This document shows positions 23,805-36,100 of a stretch of 64,000 bases of DNA, piece by piece. Both the position numbers and the translations under genes were made by a program. The first letter of the stretch is position 1, and each line of letters begins with the position of its first letter. Origin of the DNA: Podospora anserina (taxonomy: Eukaryota); the NCBI GenBank assembly GCA_017654855.1, contig CM030332.1, positions 1,054,001 through 1,118,000 on the forward strand, given 5' to 3'. A model generated the notes under the pieces. The model was not told the origin of the DNA and did no database searches. It saw only the letters and a list, made by a program, of their open reading frames with translations.

Positions 23805-26111
23805 ATGGACCAAGCCGACATCCCCGCGCTCCTCTCCCGCCTCGCCTCGGACGAGGACGCCGCCCGCAAAATGGCCGTCTTCAAGCTCCAATCCAGCATC
23901 AACGACCCGGCCTTTGCCGACGTGTTTATATCCTCTGGTGGTCTGGTCATCCTCCGCCGACTGATCATGACAACGGGGGGCAACACCCTCGCTTACTCCC
24001 TCCAGTCTCTCTCCCGCCTGTTGGAGGTAGACATGGGCTGGGATATATTCGAGGGTGCCGGGGCGGGGGAGCTGGTGGAGAGGGTTGTGGAATTGGTGGT
24101 GACGAACCCGTTGGTGAATATCCTGCGAGGGGCGATGAGTATACTGGTAGGAGTGGTGGGGCATCAACCTGGACAGGGGCAAAAAGGGGGGGTTGTGCCG
24201 GGGACGTTTGGGTTCCGGGCGTTGAAGCCGGCCGTGGCGGTTTATCCACAGTTTTTCGAGCTGGTGATTCAGCAGTTGCACAGTGCGGATCACGCGCTTT
24301 GTGCGAATGCTTTGGGGTTGATTAATGCGCTTGTTAGGGATGCGGTGGTTAATGATGTTGCTAGTGGGACGGTGGCTACCGGGGGGGCAAAAGGGGGAAC
24401 GGCGGCGGGAGGAGGGGGAGGGGGGGAGGATTGGAGTAAATTTATCAAGAGGTTGCAGGATTTGGGGTTGATCAAGGCGGTGTATAATTTGTTGCAGAGC
24501 TCGAGTTTGCAAGATTTGGCGCACCCGCTGTTGGAGTTTCAGGGGCTGACAAAGGTTTTGCTGAGGAAGTGGAGGGAGGTGAGGGTTGATCTTGAGAGGC
24601 CGGAGCACAGGCGGGCGTTGAAGGGGTTGCATTTGGCGAGTGCGCCGGATCGGAGGCATGTTAATGGGGTTGCGGGGGGTGTGGTGGTGCCGATTCCGCC
24701 GCAGCAGGAGGAGGGGACGGCGACTACCACTACCACTACGAGAAAGACGAGCAGGAAGCATAACCCGGAGAAGTGGAGGAGGTTGGGGTTTGAGACGGAG
24801 AGCCCGGCGGCCGAGTTCGAGACGGCGGGGTTTTTGGGCATGATGGATCTGACGGATTATGTGAGGAAGAACGAGGATGGGTTTCAAAAGTTGTTGCTGG
24901 AGCAGTCGACGCACCCGCTGAATGAACGGTGTCCGGTTGCGAGGGCGAGTTTGGCCGTGACGATGATCTTGTATGATCACTTTGAGGTGGACAAGTCTGA
25001 CTTGGAGGATATCAGGGGTTATCTGGCTCTGAATGATGGGAAGAACAACGACAGGCTGTTCAAGCCGCTGCTGCTTCAGTGGTCGAGGCTTCACACAGCG
25101 GGGCTGCATGCTTTCTTTCGTATGTGGAAGGCTACGGGGGCGCAGAGGGAGGACTTTGACAAGGTGGCCGAGCTAGTGAGGATTCTCATTGAGCAAGTTG
25201 TTGGCCAGGCTAGCAGAACCAAGGACGTGCTGGAGGTGGAGGATGAATTGCAAGAGTACGATGCTGGTCGGTTGAGGGAGTTGCAGATGGAGCTGTTGGA
25301 GCTATCGTTTGAAGACCAATGGGGCACGCATCTCTTCCAGGTCCGCGAGGAGCTCAAACACGAGGCGCTGTCGTTTGTCAAGGAGCAGCGTATCCGGTGT
25401 CTGCTGCAGGGCTCGTGGTTTACCAAGCCCATGTCCCGCAACAACAACGCCCACTCGAGAGAAAACAGCTACCAGAAGAGAAGGCTTTATCAACCCTGGC
25501 GGTATGCCAAGCTCTCTCACAACCGGCGCTACCTTCACTATGCCGACTTTCCTGAGCGTCTTGCATACGATCCTGGCCTCGAGGCTCTGACGGAAAAGAT
25601 TGATCTGAGCACCATCAGCTCTGTCGTGTCGAATGTTTCCGCTCCGAACGAAACAGAGCCGGTGGCAGATCCTGATGCTGCAGATAGCCCGGCTGCCAAC
25701 TCGACTGCCTCCCGTCATGGCGCGCAAGTCCACAAACCCACGACCAAGATTACGATTTACAGCTTCGTGGAGGACATACCCGGCGGCAGCAAGCCAGAGA
25801 GCGTCGCGGGGAACAGCACAAGCGCCGTCGCCGCCACCTCGAACGGGGAACCAAAAGAGCAGCCGATCCTGACGCTGTTCCCGCTGAACCACAGTTTGGC
25901 GTCGGAGTGGCTGGACGGGTTGCTCATGTTGTTGAATCAGACGCCGATCACGGCCGAGACGAACAAGCTGGTGACGTTGGTGAGCGAGTACGGGTTGAAG
26001 ATTAGGCTGTTGAATGTGAGGTTGGAGCAGATGTATGCCGGGCCGGTTCCTGGGGCGGGGGTGGTGCCTAGTCGGGAGGGGTTGGATGAGGATTATTTTT
26101 ATGAGATTTGA
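23805..26111 (+). CDS. ELMO: ELMO/CED-12 family protein (ARM-like N-terminus, ELMO domain, PH domain), intronless
   Basis: 768-aa ORF with the ELMO-domain motif KWRRLGFETESPAAEF..GFLGMMDL and CPVARASLAVT, followed by the PH-domain start EQRIRCLLQGSWF..WRYAKLSHNRRYLHY. Confidence 0.93.
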   Translation: MDQADIPALLSRLASDEDAARKMAVFKLQSSINDPAFADVFISSGGLVILRRLIMTTGGNTLAYSLQSLSRLLEVDMGWDIFEGAGAGELVERVVELVVTNPLVNILRGAMSILVGVVGHQPGQGQKGGVVPGTFGFRALKPAVAVYPQFFELVIQQLHSADHALCANALGLINALVRDAVVNDVASGTVATGGAKGGTAAGGGGGGEDWSKFIKRLQDLGLIKAVYNLLQSSSLQDLAHPLLEFQGLTKVLLRKWREVRVDLERPEHRRALKGLHLASAPDRRHVNGVAGGVVVPIPPQQEEGTATTTTTTRKTSRKHNPEKWRRLGFETESPAAEFETAGFLGMMDLTDYVRKNEDGFQKLLLEQSTHPLNERCPVARASLAVTMILYDHFEVDKSDLEDIRGYLALNDGKNNDRLFKPLLLQWSRLHTAGLHAFFRMWKATGAQREDFDKVAELVRILIEQVVGQASRTKDVLEVEDELQEYDAGRLRELQMELLELSFEDQWGTHLFQVREELKHEALSFVKEQRIRCLLQGSWFTKPMSRNNNAHSRENSYQKRRLYQPWRYAKLSHNRRYLHYADFPERLAYDPGLEALTEKIDLSTISSVVSNVSAPNETEPVADPDAADSPAANSTASRHGAQVHKPTTKITIYSFVEDIPGGSKPESVAGNSTSAVAATSNGEPKEQPILTLFPLNHSLASEWLDGLLMLLNQTPITAETNKLVTLVSEYGLKIRLLNVRLEQMYAGPVPGAGVVPSREGLDEDYFYEI

Positions 26112-28024
26112 GTCTTGGGATTGATTGTGGGGAGGGAGGGAGGTGGTTTGTTGTGTTTTCGTTGGTTTTATATACCCCGGGTTTGTAACAATAACCCCTT
26201 TTGTTCTAGTTTTCTAGTTTTTGTTTGATGCTGGGGGGGAGGGGTGGGTATATCGTTTGGTGTGAGATGGTGTATTTGTTTGTCGTAGAGGTGTCATAGC
26301 AGGAGGTCTTTGAATCAATGTTTATGTTGTTTGGTGAGGCTTTGTGTGAAGTTTGGCCATGCTGTGTGATGGGTCTGAAAGGTGCCTCTTGTAAAAAAGT
26401 GAGTCAAATTCTGTCATGACACCACACTATTCCAAGTATATATCTAGTATTTTTTTTCTTCCCAGGCGACCTGCAACATTGGTCCTCTCATACACTATTC
26501 TTCTTCTCCAAGTGTCAAAGTTGTCGGCCTCTAGAAATCAGATCTGACACTTGAATATATATGCTATCTTTCACAAGACAACCGCGTTTTCTGAAAGGTT
26601 ACATCTACACCCTTCTATGGACTGCTTTTGATCAATCCGGACTAACACCGTTGCGTTTCATGGTTCCAAAACATACTCACGCCATCCCTCTCTCCTTACC
26701 AGCAGGCTTGGTGATTGCTGGATTCATTTCTTCCAAGTGTAGCACCCCGGGCTCAACAAAAACACACCAGATTACCACCTAGACCTACCCGGAGCGTATG
26801 ATTTACCAAGGAGGACACAATCGGGGACCTGGAGAAACTGGGGGGGTTATGGGCGAGACATATGGTGATGTTGTTGTTGAGGAGTTCTGGTCAGAGGATT
26901 TCACTGGGGCTGTTGAGGACACGCGATGTTAAATTAACGAGAGACGAGCAGCTCACTCATGAAGGAACTACCACAGTTACCAGTAGTAGGTAGGCGTTAC
27001 TTCAGTCAGGGCAAGATTGCTGATCCTCACCGTGGCGATGTGGGGTTTTCTCCCAACGGGCAGAGATTTCGACTTTGAAACATGTGAGAATTTTGAACTG
27101 CTCTTTGGAGGCGGCCCTGGAGGTCCTACGTAAGTGACGCCACTGGGTAGGCTTCAGCCCAAACGCTTTAGGACCTTCTCACCAGGATCGCGTATGAGAA
27201 GTCACCGCTCTACCGCCGTGGCTTTTGAGAGCAAAGGTCGATTCTAATAGGACGCTGAAGATGTCCGCTCCTGTCTGTCGTTAACTTGGTAGTTCCTTGC
27301 CATTATCTCGTGCCGAATGCTTGTAAGAATCACAGCCCAAAAATTTCAGCTGTTGCGTTTATACAAAATCTCACTTGCTCGGTCTGTAACCCGCAAACCT
27401 GACCTTCCCCTTATCCTTCGATAGCCAACCAGACAGACCGGTACAACCGTGCCACGGCAGTAGTCTTCCGAGGCCAAAACCCAGAGTACCTTTACACCTA
27501 CTCACGAGGCTAATCGCAGACATCCACGGCACGCTGCCCAGGCAGGCAGAAGACTCGCAGGCTGGTGACAACGAGGTACTGGTCATGGTGAGAACGTGGA
27601 TCTTGTGACGAAAGCACCCGGGGCGCGACGTATCATGCTCTCGATTTCTTGATATCGGTTCTCCAGATTGATGGAGGATGGAAGCAATGCAGCCGGGGCT
27701 ATGTGATAAATCATGAGAACAGTTACGCAAATCTAGATTAGCAAGAAACAGTCAAGTCGTGCTCTGCTGTGAATAGGTAGGTGTTGGCCTTTATTGGGTC
27801 TACTACTCCTAGCTCTTTTGGTGTAAGCTCATGCTCGCGTGTATGTCTTTCTTCCAATCTTTTCCGATGTACTCATTGACTCAGTCAGCGCCCAGCCTGA
27901 AAGAGTTCTCCTACCCAGTCCCGTGGCAGCAAGATGGTGGCCGGTGCCATGATCGTACAGTCAACCAACGTTAAAACACCCGATTCCCAGCATTATACAC
28001 ACCCACCACCCTCCGCCATCATGA

Positions 28025-29283
28025 TCACTCCCACCCCCAAACTTTATAAACGACCCCCAACACCTCCTCCGCCCAAGTCATAGGAAAATCATGCCCCCCT
28101 TTCACCACCTCCCAAACCACATTCCCCCCTTCCAACAACGGCTTCAAATCCTCCTCATACTCCCCCGGATTGACCAGCTCGTCCTCCTCCCCCAGTATGA
28201 TCGCCGTCGTCTTCCCCTCATCCCCCCCCCTCAAAGCCAATCTCTTATAAGCCCCCTCCTGCCCCATCAACGGCCCATCCTTCAAACAACCCATAAAAGC
28301 ATCCACAAACCCCTCGTGAACCACCAACTGCTGCTGCACCTGCCTCAACACCCTCCTCTCCAACCCCGTCCTCGGCTCCCCATCAGCCCCAACATCATCC
28401 GCCGTCTCCGCCTTCACCATCCTCGACGCAGGATCCTGCCGCTCCTGCAACCTGGCCGTCACCTTCCCCCGTTTCGTGCTCGACCGAATCGGCCTCCGCA
28501 ACCTCCTCCTCGTAGCCAAATGCAGCAACCCCCTCGGCACAACGCCACTAGTGAAAACCTTTCTCGTCAACGTCCCAAACGATGCGGGCCGAATCATCCC
28601 CGCCGGGGCAAGCAGCACCAGATCCCTCACCAAATCAGGGAACGAAACCGCAAAGTGGGTGGCGATGCCCCCGCCGAGGGAGTACCCCACCAGCTTGAAG
28701 GCGTTTTCGCTTCCGGTCCAGGATATGGGAGAAGAGGCCAGGGCGATAAGGATTTGGGAGATGTACAGTCTCGCGTCGTGGGGGAGGTCGGCCGGGTTGT
28801 CGGAGAAGCCCCTGCCGAAGAGGTCAAAGAGCATTACCCGGCATGGGTGGGAGGGGTGGTTGGAGAGGGAGAGGGCGAGTTTCGAGAGGGTTGTGCAGGG
28901 GGTTGAGATGCCGTGGATGAAGAGAACTTTGGGGCCGGTGACGGGGCCGAATTCGTAGATGCGGATGGAGCCATACTGGGAAGGGGTGGAAGGGGGGTTG
29001 GTTAGTATTTTTGGTCAGGGAAGGTGGGGAGGAAGGGGGAGCTTACGGGAGTCTCGACATCACGGGCGCCGGGGAAGGTGTCGGGTTTGTATTCCAGGTT
29101 TTTGAGTTCGTCTTTGGTGAGGGTTGGGAGGACGGTTTTGAGAGGGGAGCGAAGGAGTTTAGGTAGGGGAGGATATAAGATCTTGTCGAGGATGACGAGA
29201 GTGATGGTGGTGATGGAGGCTGTGAGAGCTACTATGAGTGGTGTGTTGTTCCGGTCTGGTATGAAATACTGAAAGAGGCTCAT
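28025..29283 (-). CDS. Alpha/beta-fold hydrolase with N-terminal membrane anchor; 2 exons
   Basis: ATG 29283; intron 28976-29046 (GTAAGC..ACTAAC..CAG). Motifs: KVLFIHGIS, FDLFGRGFSD, nucleophile elbow GYSLGG, acid region GEEDELV and catalytic His GGHDF. Hydrophobic segment LIVALTASITTITLVIL. Confidence 0.92.
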
Positions 29284-30396
29284 ATTTGGCAAGGTGGTGT
29301 GGTGATGTATGCAATGTGAGATATTATCGTAAGATGTGAGGGCTTATGAAAATTGAAGGGTCTCACAGCAGCAGCAGCAACGCGGTGCCTGGTTAAGATG
29401 TGGGTGGTGTCATTGAGGTGGTGTTGAGGCTGTGAGTGAGGGGTGACAGGGGTTGATCAAGTCCAACTGCGCCTTATTGCCGAATGTGCCATGTCTGCAC
29501 GTGTTGTCCACAATTTGAAACATTGTTGACCTCAAAACCAACCAACGATTATGTCTCATACTATATCTGTTTATCCCATGTCACAAAACTATGTTTGTTG
29601 GCCATCCTCGCCTCGTCGGCACTGGCAGTACTGTGCAGGGCGGCGAACCACTGTCATGAACCCCTCCAACAGCTGGTTCAGATTCCTCCAACTCTCAAAC
29701 CCACATCTTTAGTCTCAGATCTCCCCAACATCGACAATCTCCGAAATCTCATTCCCCTTTCCCATCCACGCCAAAACAGGGACCTTGTCTTTCTTTTCTG
29801 ATCAATTTTAGAACCCACGATGACGCCAACCTTGGCATTACGTACCGTATCCCCCCAGCCGGGAACTGAAATGTTTCCTTTCTCTTCTCCACCAGGCGCG
29901 CGCCCCCCATACCCGCTTTCCCGTCCTTGGCGGCGGTATTGTTGTACGTAATTTCAGCCCCACCAAACGGTTTCTTAATCTCACTTACACCAACCCTCGA
30001 CTTCCATCTCCTCTTTTGAAAATCAAAATAAAGTAAAGGTATAAGGTTTCAAAGATTTTTGTTCTGGAGTAGAATAAACGATTTCAAGTGTAATGGCCAG
30101 CCTGGCTTTGACAAAAACAGCATACCACCGCTGTGCTCCTCTATCAATGCTCTCACCTATGCCAGACCAAATCCGCCATCACTGCCCACCAAAACCTTCT
30201 AGAAGGAATGGAACAACTCTCCCCTCCATCCATCCTCCCCAGCCATCACAGCACCTGTCTGTTTTCAACAACATTGGTCGATGCCCAGCACCCACCCACC
30301 CCTCCTTCCCCGGCTGCACCGCAGAAGCTCCCAATCACATGATATTCTCCATTCCCTCTTCTCTCACCTAGTCCCAGCCAGTTTTCTTAGCCCTTT

Positions 30397-30452
30397 CATC
30401 CCATCCCATCCCATCCCATCCCATCCCATCCCATCCCAACCCGACCCGACCC
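30397..30452. repeat. (CATCC)n pentanucleotide microsatellite grading into CCCGA units
   Basis: About 8 CATCC units followed by CAACC/CGACC variants. Confidence 0.9.
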
Positions 30453-31521
30453 GGCCACGCCACAGAGATAAGAACCCGCACCCCCTCTTCCCGCACCTGG
30501 CATCCCGTCCCATTGTTGGTTGGTTGACTTAAAACCACAACTACCGAATCCAGCCTTGCGGTGACTTCTTGGTAGAGAGATAAGCCTCCCTCCCAAGACT
30601 TCCTAATGCAACCACTACAAGTTGAGGATCCTGACCGGCTTTCCACCTCTTATCGTGATCGGTTGTAGGCCCCCCCCCTTCCCCAGTCCGGCGGCATACA
30701 GTACACCACCCTCCCGGCCTCCCCAGATGACATCGCTTGACTCGGCGTCCCCGACCGTGTGGTCCTTAGTTCCGATCTCACGCCAGAGCCGGCATCAAGG
30801 CACATACCAAGGAAAAGCTTGACAAGACAAGACAGCATTGCATATGTCTGATCTGGGTTCCATCCTACTGTAGCGTCCAAGATCAGACGGAAGGTGATGG
30901 TGTTCTAGACCCCATCCCCCCGCCTGTTCTTCCCTCAGGATATAATTGTTAGTCTCACAGTTCCGATTTCGCTGCTTCACATGCTTGCCTGCAGAAGACA
31001 CGACATAGCAACCGACCTGTCTGAAAGATTTTGACATGATCTTGCCTCATCCATGTCTGAAATCGGTCTCGTCTCAACACTTGATTTCTCAGCAGCAGCT
31101 CAATGGTAAAAAAATAAAATAAAATAAAAATACCGGCATCACAAGTGATCAAGAAGTAAATGTTATATCTTTAGATTAAACACCATATCCATCATCCATC
31201 TCACACATAAATATCGCTAAGCTAGCTTTCAGGGGTATTTTTACAACAACGTCATGCCCGCAAACCTTTTCCTCAAAAGGGTCAAAACAAGGGACAATGT
31301 AAATGAAAAAAAAAAGATCCAAAACGACACGGCAGAAAAAATATACTTCTTTGGAAGCAAAGCCGTTATGCTTCCCAGGGGTTGCCGCTTCTAGGCCTGC
31401 CTGCCTTTTCCACATTGCCTCCCTTCCGTTCCTGCACACCCCCTATCCAGATATCAATAGAAAAAAAGAAAAAAAGGAAACAACGCTTTCAAACAATGTT
31501 CAAATGACTGGTCGTGACACC

Positions 31522-33198
31522 CTAATCAGTCGCAGACCCGGACACCTTCTCCTCCTTCCCGACAGCAGTAGCGGGCTCCGAGGGGGGTGTGGGAGGGGCG
31601 CTGGAGCGAGTGGCCATCTCTTGATGCCCGGTGATGCCGTGCTGAGGGACGACAACATCGCCATCAGCTCTCTGCTCCTTCTCCGCAGGAGTCCAGGCAA
31701 GGTAGTCACGGCGGACCTCGACGTAGTCGTAGGCGAACTCTCCGTGCTGGTCGTCATCCATGCCGAGAAGCTCAGCCTCGGTGGAAGCACGGAGGTGAAG
31801 GCCGGGAACGAGGTCGATGGCCTTGGCGATGAGAGCCGAGACGACAAAGGTATAGCCGCAGCCGGCAAGGATGTAGACAATCTGCTTGTAGAGCTGAGCC
31901 CAGTTGCCGTTGAGGAAGCCACCCTGAACGCCCAAGTTGATGCCATCCAGGCCGATGATGTAGTCGGCGGCGAAGAAGGCGTTGAAAATAAGACCGACGA
32001 TACCACCGATGGCGTGTTCGGCGAACACATCGAGAGCATCATCAATGCGGAGGTAGAACTTGATCTTGGTGCCAAAGTTGCAGGCAACGCCAGTAACGAC
32101 ACCAAGCAAAACACTGGCCCAGGGAGTGATGACACCGGAAGCGGGAGTGGCGGCGACGAGGCCAGAGATGGTGCCGGAGCACCAGCCGACGAGCGACCAC
32201 TTCTTGGCAAGGCGGAAATCGAGAAGGCACCAAGTCATGGCGGCGAACATGGCAGTCAAGCAGGTGTTCCAGCAGGCCATGGCAGCGCGGAGGTTGGCGC
32301 CGAAAGCAGAGCCGCCGTTGAAACCGAGCCATCCGAACCAGAGAAGGATAGTGCCGAGAGTAATGAGCGAGATGTTGTGGGGACGGAAGTTGAGCATCAT
32401 CTTCTCGTTGCGGCGCCCGAGCACCCAAGAGTAGGCCAAAGCGGAAACACCCGAACCAATCTCGACGGGACCGCCACCAGCGTAGTCGAAAACACCCCAC
32501 TTGAAAGCCCAGCCTTCGGCGCCCCAGGCCCAGTACGCAAGAGGGCAGTAGACGAGAGTAGCCCAGAAGAAAGTAAAGACCATGCCGGGAATGACGCGAC
32601 CACGCTCAGCAGTAGCACCGATCACGAGGGCAGCAGTAACAGCAGCGAATTGCATCTTCCAACTGTTAGCATCAAGCCATGTGCGCAAGTCGAAATCAGC
32701 CAAGTACTTGCCTGGTAAAACGAGTACAGCAGCTCGGGAATGAAGGGGGAGCCCGGAGACTCATCACCCAAAGCGTTGCGGAGGCCAAATCTGTCGAGGT
32801 TGCCAATGAAGCCGTTGGTGGCGGTCGGGCTGAGGGCCAGTGAATAACCCCAGAAATACCATTGGAAGACAATGACACTGAAAGACATCATGACGACCCA
32901 TATTTGCGACAAGGCCGACTTTCTGCGAGCGAGGCCGGAGTAGAGGAAGGCGATGCCGGGAATCATCAGCAGGACCATGCCAGACGACACGAGGATATAA
33001 GCTTGGTCACCGGCATTGAAGGGTTCGTTGAGGTTATCCCTCGCTGTTGGCACCCCCTGGTTAGCTTGTCGAATGTCATTGAGAGGCGCAATCAGGGCCC
33101 GATTGAATGGATAGTGAGATCATTGGATGGTTGTGGCTCTACGTACCGGAATGGAGCGGCGTCGAGGCCGGAGCCGCCTCGGAAGTTGAGTCGGACAT
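31522..33198 (-). CDS. MEP1: Ammonium transporter (Amt/Mep family), Mep1/MeaA type; 3 exons
   Basis: Exons 33198-33147, 33043-32712 and 32655-31522; introns 33044-33146 (GT-AG) and 32656-32711 (GC-AG). Motifs: LMIPGIAFLYSGLARRKS, FYQMQFAAVT, DYAGGGPVE, FRPHN, LWFGWLGFNGGS and DDALDVFAEH. Confidence 0.96.
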
Positions 33199-36100
33199 GG
33201 CGCGGTGTCGAGTCCTTTGCGGACGTGCGTGAACAGAATGCTTGCTAGAGCCGGAGCAGGGCGGGCGCCCGGATGGATAGGGTAGGTAATCAGGGCAGTG
33301 GACGGGCGTGAGGGTCGTTTCGTGTCGTCGTAATGGATAGGCAATCTAAAGAATGGATACCTAGAAAGACAGAAGAAGGAGGAGTAGTAGTAGGAGGAGA
33401 AGGAGGAGGAGGCCGAGAGCAGCCGTTGGGGAAAGGCTGTCGGAAGGTGTATAATTTTCGACACAAGTCTGGTCTGAGACGGGGGAAGGAACGAGAAACA
33501 ATGGACGAGGGTGGGACAAAGCCTGAGTATATAAACCACCCTACTACGTACGGCATCGGATCCATCGACCGTCCCCCATCCCACCCGCAACGCCTATCTA
33601 GGAGAGTGGGGAGCAGCGAGAAACCTCTGACGCACGACGCCAGTTCAGCGCCAGGGCCCGGGGCCGGCAGCGGCAGGCGCTTTCCACTCAGACTGCCCCT
33701 GGTGGGTGAGGCCGGATATGCCTAGCGCAGTCCATCTTTCTGCAGTGTTTCCCGAATCAGTTTCAGTTCCCTCCCAGATTAAGTGGGTTCCAGACGCGGG
33801 AAAATATCTTGCCTGGTGATGGGGAGCTGTCCTCTGTTCCGCCTGCTCACCACCATGCTCGGCGACGGCCATCTTCGACGATAGGCCCAGCCCCAGTCGT
33901 CTGGGGTCATCCCGGGGACACGCACAGGGCTTCCGCAAGCAGCTAGGCAGTCCTGCGGTACCGGGGTACGGTGGCGCCCAGGTGTGGGACGACCCCCGCT
34001 CTGCTCCCACTCTGCGCACGAGCCAGGTACAAGCTGAGAGGTACCACCGTACCTCCAGAATGGATCCATCACAGCTGCTGTTCGACTGACTGCCCTGACT
34101 TGTGGTCGACGTCGATACCGCTGTCTGAAAAGGTTCTTGAATAGTTTCTACTGCGTAGACTCCAGTCTGTTTTCTTCTACACCTAAGTAAAGACCTCATG
34201 CGTACACTCCATGGATGGCCTGTTCTGTTTCGTACCCCCAATCTTCCTCCCTCTCGAGCTTCAGCAGCACTGAGCTGGCAGGTCAGGTCAAGTCAAACCA
34301 TTGCTTATTCAGATAATCCCTCGTGGTCATTATCAGGGCCTCTCTTGGGACTGCATCAGCCAAACAGAATAGGCCATATGCAACCTGGATATGGCCTGAG
34401 CTCTGGTCAGCTGGTGAAATGTGCAATGTGTAAAATGATGGACATCAGCAATTGCACACAGCCTCAGCTCCAGAGCTCTTGGTTCCTGGGGTGTGGTGGT
34501 GCATCATGTCTGCTAAGTGGGGGTTCGCCGCACCTGCACACGACCATCTGCTGACGGGTGTGGGTGGAAAGAAACCCCTCCCCTCCCTCCATCACGCTTG
34601 TCTACCCGTAGGAACGGTAGGATTGGTTCACTAGGGCGGTAATCGGAAATGGGTGCGCAATTTTTTTTTGTAGTTTCATTCATTAATCTTTTCGAAGGAG
34701 CAGTCTCGAGATTACAGAACATGCATCCCTTCTTTTTCTTGTCATCGGACCACCACACCTCAGGTTAGAGACACACCGATACCGAGGCAGCGGTTTCGTG
34801 ATGATCTCGGGTTCCCATCAATGGGGTCTTGTCATACACTCTTCACTCTTCCCTACAGCTGACTCCGCCCTACGGAAACGAAGCATGTCGTCAACGGAGA
34901 CACAAACTTGTTCTGGGTGAGACCTTGAACACCGAGAATAGCTTGTGCAACAAAAGCGAAGCTCCAGTCGTTGTATAAGAAACCCCCATCCTGGAGCCTC
35001 CCCCCCCCCCTTTCCAGGTCGGATTGTGTTCCTGATCCCCAAGAGCTGCGGTCTTGGATTGCGCCCTTTTCGGTTTCTGTCTGTCTTGATTCGTCTTGAC
35101 TCGAACTTGGCAAAAGCTTCAGCTGCAGCGTCTTCGCTCCAGGAGGAGTGCACTGCAGCAATCCCGCACCGAGTTGCATGACGGGGCCCAGAGGCCAAGG
35201 TAATTAGGGATTGCGAGGCTCTCCTGTGCTCACCGAGCTTTCCGGATTGGCCGTTTGTCTGTGCGACTGAAGCATACTTTGTTGATGATCCCCGATGTCT
35301 TTGGTGTAGTCATCGCAGCCGTTGAATTGTCTCCAATGCTAGCGTGCGGATCTGATATTGGAGAACATGGGATTTCAATGAGGCTGGGAACGGAGACTTT
35401 TGGGCCGACGTGGGCCCTGGAATCTGTTACCAAATGGTTTGTGTTTTTTGGGTTCAAGACGTTGAAAAAGAGCCAGTCACAGCGACCCGTTGTCCGGCAA
35501 TCGGTTGGGCTCTGCCGAATCACAGGCGGCGATCTTTCTTATCTCAGGGCCCCGCTTTCTTCCGCCGATCTTCCACGCACCTTTTCAACTGCATAGCGAA
35601 ACGTGTGGAGTTGAACCCTCTGAATACCAACACTGGCTAACTGACAACTGCATCACGGGTAGGGAGTAATCAGCAATGAGCCTTTTTGTTATATAAAGCT
35701 CGGGGGTAACGAGTGCTGGGCAGACAGACTTGGCGAGCACGGCGAGCACTTCCCCGGTCAACAGCCACAACATCATGTCGACGACACCACTGCTGATGAA
35801 CGTTAGCCCCAGGACGCCGACGGACATGTCCAGCCTCGCGGACCTCTCGCCGCTGCATGACCGTACGATTCCAGACCTCAGCGCCAACGCCCAGACCGAA
35901 CATCTAATCTATCTACCAGCGTGCCAACACAAACATCATGTGGTTTTGCTCAATGAAGTGGCTCGACACCAAAAGCTTGAGGGCCTCTGATGGTGGTGGT
36001 GATGGCGGTGGTGGACGGACGTGGTCTCAAAAGTCCCGCTTTCGGGGTGGACGGAGACGGACGAACCATTGGACTGCTCGTTCTTCTTTTCCTGATGTTG

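Noticed and set aside
27020-27080. HRGDVGFSPNGQRF, resembling part of a WD40 repeat of HNWD/NLR genes
   Set aside because: A single short match followed by a stop, with no neighbouring repeats or NACHT sequence; likely chance.
31303-32718. 471-aa plus-strand ORF opposite the ammonium transporter, and similar shadows at 15073-15837, 23775-25109, 49374-50123 and 60159-61226
   Set aside because: Each lies antisense to a well-supported conserved gene and shows the composition of a mirrored reading frame.
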